A stretch of DNA of 61,965 nt, the filler included. It is 12 parts of 12 records of this genome, joined end to end, with 100 filler letters (N's around TTAATTAATTAA, not from the genome) between each part and the next. Parts side by side here need not be neighbours in the genome. Positions count along the whole stretch, not along the records: positions 23,476 to 26,708 come from SRR15195285_8847; positions 26,809 to 30,321 come from SRR15195285_8863; positions 30,422 to 34,598 come from SRR15195285_8885; positions 34,699 to 38,429 come from SRR15195285_8887; 8 more parts are not named here. The stretch is one strand, 5' to 3'. Every line of letters begins with the position of its first letter. Within the stretch, counting starts at the first letter, position 1. This document shows positions 25,099-36,879 of this stretch, piece by piece. The translations under genes were made by a program, and so were the position numbers. The notes beneath the pieces were generated by a model. The model saw only the letters and a program-made list of their open reading frames with translations. It did no database searches and was not told where the DNA came from.

Positions 25099-25282
25099 GG
25101 GGAGTGAGTGTTATAAATTGACTGATTGATATCCTGGTGGAGATTCGTGCGCTCCGGTCTTGTCATACTAGTACATATGCCATACATGTATATGGATCGC
25201 ACTGCAATGTAAAGCCATAACCTTCCGTTTCCCCGTTCCGTCTGCTGCATTAGTTTGGGGAGTGAGTGTTATAAATTGACTG
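25099..25282. repeat. 26-bp direct repeat (25099-25124 and 25257-25282) between convergent genes
   Basis: ggggagtgagtgttataaattgactg occurs twice. Confidence 0.8.
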
Positions 25283-25297
25283 CAGGCTTCAAAATCC

Positions 25298-26248
25298 TCA
25301 CAACCTGTGACGGTACTCTCCAGACTCTTTCATCATAGCAATGGACTCCTCAATGATTTGTGCGCCTCGGACCAACCTGCACTGCGCATCACCCACGGAT
25401 CCTTCTGCTTGCCGGCCGGCATCGCGCAGCCGCTTGTCAAGATCGTCGTGCCTCTCCAGCACCACGTGGCCCATCATTGAAGTGATCATTACTTCCATCT
25501 CATCGCCCTTGACTGGGTGCGAGAAAACGATTCGTTTTGGCGTCGAAGGCGAGATCCTACCGGCGTGGCGGTCGTCCCCGCCGTAGTCCTCCCCAACATG
25601 AATGGTCGAGTCTACACTGTGATCGACGCCGAGCAGCAATACCCAGCCACCACTCTGCGCAAGCTTGTCCAGCGCACAGCCCTGCCGCACGGCACTCGTC
25701 AGAATGAGCTGGTCAGCCGCAGGCAGCGCAGAATCTAATGAAGGTGCGCTGGTCATCGTGTGTGTGCCTTGGCCTGGCGAACGCACCCTCCCGAGAGCCC
25801 CGCGCTCTAGATCATCGCGCACGAGGTCGGCAGCAGAAGGACCGATCGCCGTCACGGCGTGCGTCGGGTGCCATGAGCGCACCGCGCGCGGATGAGCCCG
25901 GGCTGCCTCGGTGATCGCGCCGTTGAGGGAGGGCGAGCTCCGAGGATCAAAGTGTGTGGTGCCGGAGTGAGTGAACGTGGGCACCACCAGCGTTCCCTGC
26001 GGCCCGACCGCTTCCAGGAGAGCTTCGACCACGGTGCGCGGGCCACCCAGCACTCCACCCAGAGACTTGTACCTGCTCCGGTGCATTATAACCTTGAGAA
26101 GCGTTCAAAATGCTCGGGATTTCACTACAAAATCAGTAGTCAAGAGAATAGTTGAGTGGAGCGTGTACGACGAATGCACCATGACCGCATCGCCAGGCTG
26201 CAAGCCAAGCGCGCTCAGGTCGGCCACCAGTTTCGCCTGATCGTGCAT
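25298..26248 (-). CDS. AAC(3)/YokD-family (aminoglycoside N3-acetyltransferase-like) protein, 2 introns
   Basis: Spliced LVADLSALGLQPGDAVMVHSS|YKSLG..GGPRTVVEALLEAVG.QGTLVVPTFT, GAITE, RSWHPTHAVTAIG, VLLLGVD..STIHVGE. Second intron 25682-25786. Confidence 0.82.
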
Positions 26249-26708
26249 GATGCTGGGGGTCCTAGCGATACACCAATGACCACGCTGATGGACAGTCAGT
26301 GCGCACAGGCAGGGCAGCCAACGGCCTGACTCGAAACAGAGGTCAGCGCGCCCCGGGTCAGCTGCACTGCGCGCTCAGTTCCGATGCTCGAGTGACGGTA
26401 GCGAGCGTGGCTGGTACCGTGGTCCGTCCGTCGCGGCCTACCCGGATACGTACATGTCAAGTACTTAGAGAGCGCACTGCAGGTACGGGGTAGGCACTTA
26501 GACAGGTACCCGAGGGAGGTACAGTACAGTGCATCAGTCGCGCCGGCCGGGTAGATTAGCCGCACCCTAGGGTGCGCGGCGAGCGACGATCGCCTGCCTC
26601 TCGCGTGGCGCGCACGCGCCATGCATGCAGCAGCATGCGCACTCCCCCACACGCATTCCTCAGAGTCGGGTGAATCAACCGATAATCAGATTGTAATTCT
26701 GCATTCTG

Positions 26709-26808
26709 NNNNNNNNNNNNNNNNNNNNNNNNNNNNNNNNNNNNNNNNNNNNTTAATTAATTAANNNNNNNNNNNNNNNNNNNNNNNNNNNNNNNNNNNN
26801 NNNNNNNN
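26709..26808. other. Artificial contig-joining spacer
   Basis: N44-TTAATTAATTAA-N44. Confidence 0.98.
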
Positions 26809-27412
26809 GGCTGGAGCGTCGGCTCAGCAGCGAGACCGCCAGAGACCCAGGCCACAGCGGTGCCTCGCCTCGCAGCGGCTAACATTGCAAGTATGGGTTC
26901 ACCCTGATGTTGTTGTGTGTACAGGCGGCCCTATAGCTCAACGAGTGCATGTGCATCACCCTTGCACAGGTTCGGGCTAGTTGACTTGCATCACCCTTGC
27001 TCACCATCCTTCGGCACGGCCGATCTGGCCCTCTGGGCTCTGGCCGACAGTCATCACGACGCAGAGAATAGCGCCAGGGGCGCGGGGGAAGAGATACTGG
27101 TTGACCACGGCGCTGATTATTGGGTAGGCCAGGATGTGGAACGGCGTGTGGCCTGTCAATGGACTCGCTCGTGCTGGCGTACGCGTTTGCCTCGTGCTAG
27201 CCGTACCAGGTACTGTATCTTTCCGATAGCCGCTGTATCTTTCTGATGTGGGCATCCACACAAATGTCATGCATTGCTGAACACAATCGTGGTTCTCTAT
27301 CACAAGATAATCATGGTGTGCTGCCTGCGCTGCTTGCGCATTTGTCGGTACCTTGTGACCTCCCTGGTGGCACAGATGGTGCTGAGAGGCTGACCATCAC
27401 TATCTTTGCCGC

Positions 27413-29957
27413 TCACGCAACGGTGATGGAGACCGTACCCGAGACATCCACAGAGTCCTGCCCAATAGTCAGCGTGTATGCGCCTGGCTCTACTCGCTGT
27501 TCACCCGCCTTCGTGTCAAACGCACTCAGTTTCGCAATTGGCATCGTGAGGGTCATAGTCGTAGTGTCCCCGGGCTTGAGTAGCGGTGTTTTGGCAAAGG
27601 TCCCAAGCATTTTGTGGTACCGCACGAACGACGAGAGTGGTTTGGAATAGTAGAGCGCAACCACAGTCTTCGACGGCATTGCACCAGTGTTCACGACAGA
27701 TACGCTTACATTGAGCGTGCCAATAGAGGAAAAGGGTGAAGCGATTGAGTGCAAGGCAAGTGCGTCGGCCTTGTCCTGCTGCTGTCTCACAGCAGACTCC
27801 GGTGACGTCTGTGCGATTGACAGATTAAAACTGGTATACTGCAAGCCGTGGCCGAACGGGAACAGCGGCTCCCATGGGTAGTCTTGCTTCAGCCCAGGCT
27901 GCTGACTCGGGCCGCCGCGGTAGCTCCCTTGATCGAAGTCACCTTGGCGCTTGCTGAACCAGGGGCTAGCCTGCGAGTGCACATAGCCAGCAGATCGTGG
28001 CCAAGCTTGAGACAGCCGCCCTGACGGTGACTCTTTGCCTAGCAGGAGCTGCCAAATTGCGTTGCCGCCCTCTTGTCCCGGTCTCCATGTCGCAAGCACC
28101 GCTGGCAGCTGTGGCAATAGGTTGTGCCGCACAAAAGACACCGGTCGTCCGTGTATCAATACGACAACAAGTGGTTTGTTCGTGTTGGACAGATTCGCTA
28201 CCAGCGCTGCGAGGAGCTCTGGCTGTACGCCTGGCAGATCAAGCTGCGTCCAGCAAACAAGAGGACAGTGAGACTGCTAACATCCTACACGATTGCGTTC
28301 CAGTACAGCTATACGGAATGCAGTAGTACCGTACCTGGGTGCGATCGTCATTCTCGCCGCATGTGTTCATATCCCATCCCTTCGCACCTGTGTCACCGAC
28401 CACGACAACTGTGGCATCCGCCTGCGCGGCAACTTCCAGCGCCTCACCGAAACCTGCAGTGCTGTTGCCCGTCACCTCGGCGCCCTTAGCGCTCAGAATC
28501 TTTGCCCCAGTAGGTAAGTGCGTCTTTGCTGCACCCATGACAGTTGTGACGTTAGCACCGAAATTTGTGTACCCGCCACATTGAGATTCAGCATCATCAG
28601 CCAGGGGACCTATGATCGCTATTACCGACGATGAACTCAGGCCACGTAACGGCAATCCTCGCTGCGTTTGTCCCTGGTTGTTCTGCAGCAAGACTGCGCC
28701 TTCCGCGACTACTCGGCGCGCAACATCTTTATGTGCAATGCCGTTTATTATCTTTGTCGCGGAGGGATCTGGGAAAGGGACATCAAACAGCCCGACAGCA
28801 AACTTAGCCCGAAGAACGTTGGCCGTCGCGCGATCAAGTGCTGCTTGCGACATAAGCCCGTCTTTCACCGCTTGTGCGATGAGGGTGAATGCCTGGCCAC
28901 GTCCGTCTGTTGGGTTGCAAAGCTCTTGATCCATTCCAGCTTCCATGCTCATGGCGCCTGCTGCCGAGAGGTTCGCGGCAACACCGAAACCAGTGGTCGG
29001 TCCCCGCGTGAGATGGTCCGAAGGCGAGCCAGACGCCAGCAGTCCGACGTCACACATGTCCGACGCAAGTAGCATTCCACTGCTGTTCACTCCCCCAGTC
29101 GGTGCCCAACGACGTAGCAACGACATAAGCTCCGGGTCGGCATGCGCTGGTACATCGTTAATGCTGTTGTGAGAGAGCATGGCTCCTCGACCACCCGCCT
29201 CCTTGTACTCACGCCACGGCCGCAGGTAGATGTCGTGCAATGTGCGCGGTGATAGGTCAGCGGCCATTCCGTCTTTGCCTCCGAATCCGTATGCTGCTGC
29301 GTGCTTAGCTTCAGAGACGATTGTGCCCTTCGGAAGGTATCCACTTGGGCCGTCCACATTTCCACCGTGCAAACCTTGAACGGCGGCCACGCCCATCGCG
29401 GAGACGAGTGCTGGGTCTTCCCCGAAGTTTTCCTCCGTGCGACCAAAGCGAGGATCCGTGCAAACGTTGATCTCTGGCGAAAACCCGCGGTCGCCTCCGT
29501 TGGCGGAGGCCTCTAGGCCGATGATGCGCCCAACTTCGCCGACTAAGGTGTGATCCCATGTGCTTCCTTGCAAGCACGGCATTGGGAAGATAGTCGCTCC
29601 GCCACCACCACTGTGCAGGGTCTCGTAGTGGAACGTGACCGGAATGCCGAGACGCGAGTTGTTGACCATGTACGATTGCCGTGCGTTCTGCTGCACGATT
29701 GATTCGGGGCTACCGTCGCCACCCGCAGGAAAGGCGCCGAACGATGTGCTCCCATACTGTGCCTCGATTTCGGTCCAGTTGCCTCCCGTCAGGTGCACCG
29801 TCTGCGCCTGCTTCTCCTCGTTAGTCATCTGCTCGAGCAGGAGCTCCACCCGCGCATCAACCGAGAGCTGGCGGTTCATCCAGAGTCGCTCCGCTGGTGG
29901 TGCTGCCGCGCAGCAGGTAGCTCCACATAGCAGAGCCAGCAACGAGCGGCGCGCCAT
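27413..29957 (-). CDS. Secreted glycoside hydrolase family 3 (beta-glucosidase/xylosidase) with Fn3-like C-terminus; intron 28244-28334
   Basis: Signal peptide, RLGIP..ETLH, TIFP, DPRFGRTEENFGEDP, AKH, LASD nucleophile, VLLQN, GENDDR..|LDLPGVQ, GRLSQAWP, PLFPFGHGLQY. Confidence 0.92.
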
Positions 29958-30292
29958 TGCTGGCTCCTGACCAGTGTCCGAATCGCGCCGCGGAACGAAG
30001 CCCGTCCGCGCCCGAGCTCTAACCTTAACGATCTACAGTATCTCGGCGGTGCTACTGCTAGGCGGCCTGCTCGTACATATTTTAGCTAGCGCGCGCGCAT
30101 GCACAGCGCGCGCGATCCGTCGCGTCCGCGTCCGCGCATACATGTACGCATACGCTAGTACGCACGCGAAGTCGCCGGAAGACGGAAGTGCCCAGCACTC
30201 GTGCCGCGGAGCAGGGTGCCAATGGATTGAATGGTGTGCAGGCCGCGATTCCGGGCCACAACGCCACATGCACAATCACAGTACTAGTACGT

Positions 30293-30321
30293 AGTACAAT
30301 AAAGCGCCGGGATGTATTAAA
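30293..30321 (+). repeat. 29-bp interspersed repeat at a contig end (copy 2)
   Basis: Identical to 23346-23374. Confidence 0.85.
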
Positions 30322-30421
30322 NNNNNNNNNNNNNNNNNNNNNNNNNNNNNNNNNNNNNNNNNNNNTTAATTAATTAANNNNNNNNNNNNNNNNNNNNNNN
30401 NNNNNNNNNNNNNNNNNNNNN
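30322..30421. other. Artificial contig-joining spacer
   Basis: N44-TTAATTAATTAA-N44. Confidence 0.98.
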
Positions 30422-30533
30422 CGGCTCCGGGTTGGGCACGCTCTAGGGGCCCACCGCGCATGCGCGCGGTACTATAGTATATTCCGGCGGGGCCGTCGTT
30501 GCGTAAGGAGCTCGCTGCGCTGCACATGCTAAC

Positions 30534-33500
30534 ATGATGATGGCCAGTGGTACTAGTACACCAGTGGAAGCCGCAGCGTATCATGGCGACGTCGCGGCGG
30601 CGCTGCTCCACTGGTACGATCGGGACACCGGCTGCTGGCTGGCGCAGCACCGGCTCCGTCGTGATTGGAGCGGCTGGGACCTAGCTGACGGGTCGGCCGT
30701 AGCTCGGGCAACGCTGGACTGTGGCACACGGCCATGGAACGCTGACTTTGACGCAAACGGCGCGCCGTTATACCGTTGGTTCGTCGGTGGGCTTACGAAC
30801 GCCGCGTTCTCGGAGTGTGACCGTCACATTCTCGCCGGTCACGGAGACCGTACAGCGTTCATCGTCGATCCACCGGTGCTGCAGGAGTCTGCGACGCCAT
30901 GCCACTGCTCCTACCGTGACTTGCTACTCGAAAGCAGCCTCGCTGCAGCGAGCATTCGCGGCTTGGTAAGACACTGTCTGGAAGATCAAGTCTTATATTG
31001 TCTCTTATATTGTCTCCCGTCGCCGCCGCCGAATTTAGCATTATAGATCTAGTAGGCGGTACACTAAGGCTTTGCACCCGCGTTTGGCAGGGCGTGAGCC
31101 AGGGTGCTCGCCTTGTGCTAATTGGCGGCAACTCCCTTGATGTCATATGTTGGGTACAAGCTGCGAAGCGCCTCGGTGTGGTCTACTCGTGTCTGCCTGA
31201 GAACGCAGCGGTAGATGCTGCTGTAACGAGAGTGCGCTCGTTGGGTGCTGCACTCGTGTACGTGAGCCAGGGTGGTATTGGAGGTGGAGGCAGCTCGAAG
31301 CGGTTGATATCTGCGTTGCGGAAGCATGCGATTGTTGTCTCTGGGGGGCGCCTCAACATCGGCCCAAGTCTAGGAGGGCGGCAGAACGAGAGCTCGTCCC
31401 CACCTGGCTGCGAAGACGCGGCAGCGCTACGAAACCGGGCTCTGTCCACACATCCGGCGGTAGAGGGCTTGCGCTCTCTTGTGCCGCAGGAATTCATCCG
31501 TGCAATATGGGCTGATGTGGCTCCTGTTCCACTGGAAGCAAACACGCCACTCTTCATCGCATTTACGTCAGGTAGCACTGGAGAACCAAAGGGTCTCGTT
31601 CACTGCCACGGTGCGGTGGCGGGGATTTGCGACACACTCTCCTTCACGTTCGGCGTGCTGGCACCGCAATTTGGTCCTAACGCTCTGCATGGGGAGCAAC
31701 AAGAGGACGTTGCGTTGGTCGTAGCAACACCAGCCTGGATTACTGGACAGAGCTATATGATTTCTGCCTGTTTGATGGCCGGTATTTCATCGGTACTGCT
31801 TGAAGGCTCACCAGTTGCACCCCAGCCTACCCGCTTTGCACGTGTAATCGAGCGATACCGAGTCACGGTCTTCAAAGCAGGCTCAACGTTTCTACGGCAG
31901 GTGATGTCAGACCCACGGAGCATCGAAGAGCTACAACGATGTGATCTTTCGTCATTGCGGGCGGCCTCGTTTTGTGCGGAACCAGTTTCGCCGACAGTGC
32001 ACGCATTTGCAGTGGAGAATATTTGCCGGCACTACGTTAACTCGTACTGGGCCTCAGAGCACGGAGGGATCGTATTCACACGTCCCTACCAAAGGCTGCC
32101 AGCGACTGAAGAGGGAGCTAAAAGGTCGCCTTCTCCTCCTCCCCCCGATGCCAGATGCTCCCCTCTCCCGTGGCTCAGTGCCAAGGTGATGGTAGCCGAG
32201 CAGGGAAAACCATCGCTGCGTGACGCTCTTGCTGGCGAACGTGGCGAGATTGTCCTTAACCTGGAAGAGCATGCATTCCCGACACTAGCCAGGACACTGT
32301 GGGGAGATAAGGACCAGTTTGATAAGGGCTCAAAGCACTGGCGAGGCAATTTCAAGGCGTGGCAAACCACATATTTCCGTAATGTGGTGACAGCAGATGG
32401 AGCTGAAATGTTTGTGTTCGTCCAAGGTGACCACGCAGAACAGCATTCAGATGGGTCGTTCAGTTTTCACGGAAGGTCGGACGATGTCATGAATGTCGGT
32501 GGTGTGCGAATTGGCACTGGCGAAGTGGAGGCTGCGTTATTCAAACACAAGCAGATACACAAGGCGCATTCTGCCCTCGGAAACTGTGTTGTCGTTGGGG
32601 CTCCCGATCCAATCAAAGGCGAGGTACCCGTCTGCTTCTGCGTGGCGGCACCAGGCTGCACAATTGATGCTGAGGTTCAGGCGGAGCTGCAGAGTCTGGC
32701 AATGACTACCATCGGAACACCACTGGCAGCCCCGGCGTGGTTCGCACAGGTGAACGCACTGCCTCAGACACGCACAGGCAAATACCTAAGGCGTCTCCTG
32801 CGTGATATAGTTGTCAGCAGCTCAGATCTCAGCAGTGAGTCTACTAGATCGAGTGATCAAGTTGGAGAAAGGGATGGTGGTGTTTGTCCGGATTGGAAGG
32901 TAGCAGATGATGGGGCACTATGCAATCCTGAGAGTTTGGAAGAGGCGAGAGCAGCTGTCGCTTCGATTCGAGCTGTACAAGCCATGCGGCGACGCAGCTC
33001 AAGCTGTTCGTACCCGCAGGAGAATGAAAGTGAGGAGTTGTACAGGATGGTGCTGTCACTGGCGAGCGAAGCAGTCACTTGGGACTCATCTGCAGGTAGC
33101 AACACCGTCAGCATTGACACTATTGACGATCCCTCAAAGCATCCAGACAACGAAGCATTTGAACCTAAGGTCGAGAAAGTTGAGCTGGACACAACAGTGA
33201 CGCTAATGCATCTGGGATTTGATTCAATGCGGCTGGTGATGTTCCGTGACGCTTTGCTGCGCGTTATTCAACCGCAAGGAGTCACCGCACCCACGCTCTT
33301 CTCGCAACTGTTTGGGGAGGGAAGTCTTGAAGCTGCACCTTTAAACACTGTCATTGCTGAAATTGGGGCAGCGTTCAGACATGCAGGCAAGCAGTACAAG
33401 CCGCAGGGCCGTGGTAACGAGACTGGAGACGGCAGCAGCATCGACACTCAGGTCCGGCCGCGACGGCGCAAAAAGGGTGCAGCGACGATTCTCGAGCGGG

Positions 33501-34291
33501 ACAGCCGCAAGCCTGTGGAAGGGGCCCACGGTGGGCTATCACCAGTTGGGGGGTTAGAGGCGTGCTTTCGCGGTGATCTGGCTACAGCGCGCCGTCTAGC
33601 TGCAGATCAATGGCACCCACAGCACGCAGTGTGTCAACAAGGGAGCACGGCAATGATGTGGGCGGCCTCTGGTGGCCATCTTGAGGTGCTCGACTGGCTA
33701 GTGACAGACTGCGGTTGCGATATCAACACGCGCAATAAGGTGGGACGAACAGCGTCGATGTTTGCCGCGAAGTATGGCCATCACGAATGCCTTCGCTGGC
33801 TCATTTCCACCGCTGCTGCTGACATCTCCCTCCGTGCTGAGGATGACTCAGGAGTTTTCGACTGGGCGGTCTTCGGGGGTGACTTGTTGACGTTGCAGAC
33901 TGCTGCGGAAATACTTCCACCGGCGGAGCTACACGCCGCAAATCGTTTTGGTTGCACCGCTATCCACTGGGCAGCATCGGGAGGGAGTGTGGCAGTATTG
34001 CGCTGGCTGTACGAGCACGGGCTAGACTTCAGCGTGATTAATGATGCCGGACATGGGTGCGTGCAGAAGGCAGCGTGGAGAGGTCATCAGGAAGCGTTGC
34101 AATGGCTGATGCTCGACCAGGATGGACCACGATTGCTTTGGCAGCTTCAGCCGCTTGTCGGCAATGACAGACCGGTGGCTCGGGGCGCAACTCTCGATGA
34201 GCTCGGTGCGCGAACGCTGGAGTCGATACTTCAAGAGAGTGGGTGTTCCAGTGTTCGTGACTGGGGCACAATGGAATGCCAACGACGCTAG
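30534..34291 (+). CDS. Pcs-type acyl-CoA synthetase/adenylation domain + carrier (ACP/PCP) domain + ankyrin repeats; intron 30966-31090
   Basis: YRWFVGGLTNAAFSECDRH, FTSGSTGEPKG, WITGQSYMI, FKAGSTFLR, FCAEP, NSYWASEHGG, GRSDD, LPQTRTGKYLRR. Carrier motif LMHLGFDSM. Ankyrin motifs GSTAMMWAASGGH, GRTASMFAAKYGH, GCTAIHWAASGG. Confidence 0.85.
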
Positions 34292-34319
34292 TGTCAGAAG
34301 TGATGCAAAAGTCAATATT

Positions 34320-34514
34320 TCAGTCAGCCGACCTTCCCTTTTCGTTGCAGCACACGCGCCTACCCACCGCCATAAATACCGCAACTCCGGCGCACATTGC
34401 GCCGACTGCGACCATCAGCGACTTGGTCTCGATTGCGAAAAAAGGACCGATGGCGAACATAGCCGACGAGCCCAACATACCGAGGACTGTTGATGCGCTG
34501 AATGCGGCCGTTGT
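34320..34514 (-). CDS. Probable last exon of a membrane protein truncated by the contig end
   Basis: After a TAG acceptor: TTAAFSASTVLGMLGSSAMFAIGPFF..LMVAVGAMCAGVAVFMAVGRRVCCNEKGRSAD*, two hydrophobic helices. Confidence 0.35.
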   Translation of the reverse strand, partial: TTAAFSASTVLGMLGSSAMFAIGPFFAIETKSLMVAVGAMCAGVAVFMAVGRRVCCNEKGRSAD

Positions 34515-34598
34515 CTATCCGTAAACCATCACGTTCGATCGACCAGATTTGAATTCTCAGTTTCAGGCTATGTACACAGGATCAAGTGCTCTAGTAAC

Positions 34599-34698
34599 NN
34601 NNNNNNNNNNNNNNNNNNNNNNNNNNNNNNNNNNNNNNNNNNTTAATTAATTAANNNNNNNNNNNNNNNNNNNNNNNNNNNNNNNNNNNNNNNNNNNN
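34599..34698. other. Artificial contig-joining spacer
   Basis: N44-TTAATTAATTAA-N44. Confidence 0.98.
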
Positions 34699-34886
34699 TG
34701 ATCTCAAACGAGCTCACATACAAAACAGGGGCGTTCAGGGCGATCCTGGTGTTAAGAGTACCGTACTATTACTCGAATTACATAGTATACGGTAGATCTA
34801 GCTAGCAGTGATGCTGATGCGGTGATGGTTTCAATGGCGATGCATTCAACTTGCAACCGCGGAACGGCGTCCCGCACGCGGCCGCC

Positions 34887-36725
34887 ATGGTGCAACGCCG
34901 GTGCAACCAACACGTGGACGAGGGCGATGAGGGCGCTGACGGTGGCGGGGGGTCCACTGCGGCGTGCTGTGTGACGTTGACGGAGCCGTTGTCGATGCTC
35001 GAGGATATGGGCGACCGTGACAGCAGCCGCAGTCTGAGCCTCCTCAGCCGCCGCGGTGAGCGCCCGTACTCGCGGGAGCGGGCGCAGCTGCAACGTACGA
35101 CCGCGCAGGCTCGAACCGACGCGCGGAAGCGCGCCAGGGAGCAAGTGCGCCCAGGCCGCGCGACGGAGGGATTCGAGAAGGCACGTGAGGTCGCAGCACG
35201 GCAGCTGCCACTCGACCAGGCGCGGAGGCTGCTGCAGAAACCTGACACGGCGGCGACGACCCGCCTGTACTCGGCCTCCGGAGTGTCGTCGCAGTACTGG
35301 CTGAACCCGACCAGCCGGCACAGCCTCGTCGACATCCTAGGGGTAGAGCTCGCCGGAAATCTGCGCCGATCGGAACGTGCAGCACTTGTGGCAATGCAGC
35401 GGCGCGCCGAGTGCGACGCGGCTCTTGCACACGAGCAGCGCAAGCTCGCAGAAACATGCGAGAAACTGGCGGCGGAGGCCGCCGCGGCCGAAGAAAACGA
35501 AGTCCGAGCGGTCTTCCAGTCTATCGATCTGGACGACAACGGCACGCTAGAACGCGACGAGCTGAAAACTGCGGCGGAACGTCTGGGGCAGACCATGAGT
35601 GAGGAGGAGCTCGATGCCGCCATGCTTGAGATGGACGAGGACGGCAGCGGCGAGGTAGACTACGACGAGTTCCTCGCCTGGTGGGATCGCAGGAAGGCGG
35701 AGGGCAAGGGTGGCCTGTTCGGCGGCCTTTTTTCAGATCCACTCGAAATGAGCGATGACTATCTGCGGATGCAGATTGTAATCGACAAACGCAAGCGCGA
35801 GGCGGCGCAGGCGAGTGCGGAGGGCGCAAGCGCAGCGGAGAGCTTGGAGGCAGTGAGCCTTGACGCAGGACTACGGCTGCGCGCCTTCGCGGAGTTCGAG
35901 CGGCAGCACCAGCTTCTTGATGAACAAGGTGGAGGCGTCAAGTCTGCATCAGCTGCACAGAGCAGCAGGCAGGGCGTGATGCGGATCGGATCAGCAGGTG
36001 CTGTGCGAAAAAGTTCTGCCGTAGCGAGAGGAGCCCTGTTGCTCGGACGCCCGAAGTCCGCAGGAGTGTTGCTGCGCGACGCGCCCTCGGCAAGAAACCC
36101 AAATGCTCAAGCCTCCCGGCAGCAGCAGCCACCAGCCTTCCCGCCTACGCTACGTCTAGCAGCCTCTACAGCAGGGGGTGGACCAGCAAGGCACAACCGG
36201 ATCTCTAGTGATCAACCCTTGAGACGACAGCCCGTGCAGGCGAAGGGCTCACCAGTGTCACGTTCGTCTTCGTTCGCCGATTCCCTGGCATCATCTGCGG
36301 CGAGCAGCAATAGCGCCTACGGCTCGCCGACGCTTGAGGCACCAGGAGCGACAGTGCTGGGCACAGGTCCGGTGCTGCAGAAGCGGCTGCTCCGATCGAA
36401 AACGGGAAGTCAAGGTGGTGGGCGCGATTCGTTTGTCGGACTCTTCAACAGCAGCCCTTGGGAGCAGCGACGCCGAGAGGGTGAGTCAACTCGGAAGATG
36501 CGAGAGAAGTTTGCCGAGTTCCACGCATGGTATGGTCGCAACGCAACCTCACTGATCGCCGAGTGGGTAGCTGTCGATGCGGCAGCACAACCGCAAGGGA
36601 AAGATCAAGAGCCCTTGCATTGGGCCGAAGGAGGCCAAAAACACCAGGAGCGAACGGCTGGGCGAGCATGGAGCTCGTACCAGGAACTTAGCGAGCAATG
36701 CGGGCCAGCACTCACGACAAAATGA
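34887..36725 (+). CDS. EF-hand pair protein with coiled-coil and disordered regions
   Basis: VFQSIDLDDNGTLERDEL and EMDEDGSGEVDYDEFLAWW; start codon uncertain. Confidence 0.7.
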   Translation: MVQRRCNQHVDEGDEGADGGGGSTAACCVTLTEPLSMLEDMGDRDSSRSLSLLSRRGERPYSRERAQLQRTTAQARTDARKRAREQVRPGRATEGFEKAREVAARQLPLDQARRLLQKPDTAATTRLYSASGVSSQYWLNPTSRHSLVDILGVELAGNLRRSERAALVAMQRRAECDAALAHEQRKLAETCEKLAAEAAAAEENEVRAVFQSIDLDDNGTLERDELKTAAERLGQTMSEEELDAAMLEMDEDGSGEVDYDEFLAWWDRRKAEGKGGLFGGLFSDPLEMSDDYLRMQIVIDKRKREAAQASAEGASAAESLEAVSLDAGLRLRAFAEFERQHQLLDEQGGGVKSASAAQSSRQGVMRIGSAGAVRKSSAVARGALLLGRPKSAGVLLRDAPSARNPNAQASRQQQPPAFPPTLRLAASTAGGGPARHNRISSDQPLRRQPVQAKGSPVSRSSSFADSLASSAASSNSAYGSPTLEAPGATVLGTGPVLQKRLLRSKTGSQGGGRDSFVGLFNSSPWEQRRREGESTRKMREKFAEFHAWYGRNATSLIAEWVAVDAAAQPQGKDQEPLHWAEGGQKHQERTAGRAWSSYQELSEQCGPALTTK

Positions 36726-36879
36726 ATCTTTTGTATACTAGTATGGTAGATGGCTAGGCCACTATTGAGTCGACTGAAAACTGGTTTTTACTTCTCGAGC
36801 AACGCGTCCATCCTCATTCCGACCCAACACCACAGTGAATAGCGTCTAGGTACTGTTATATGCCACTAAGGCGGTCTGC

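Noticed and set aside
25298-26248. Bacterial contaminant resistance gene
   Set aside because: It has spliceosomal introns and shares a contig with actin
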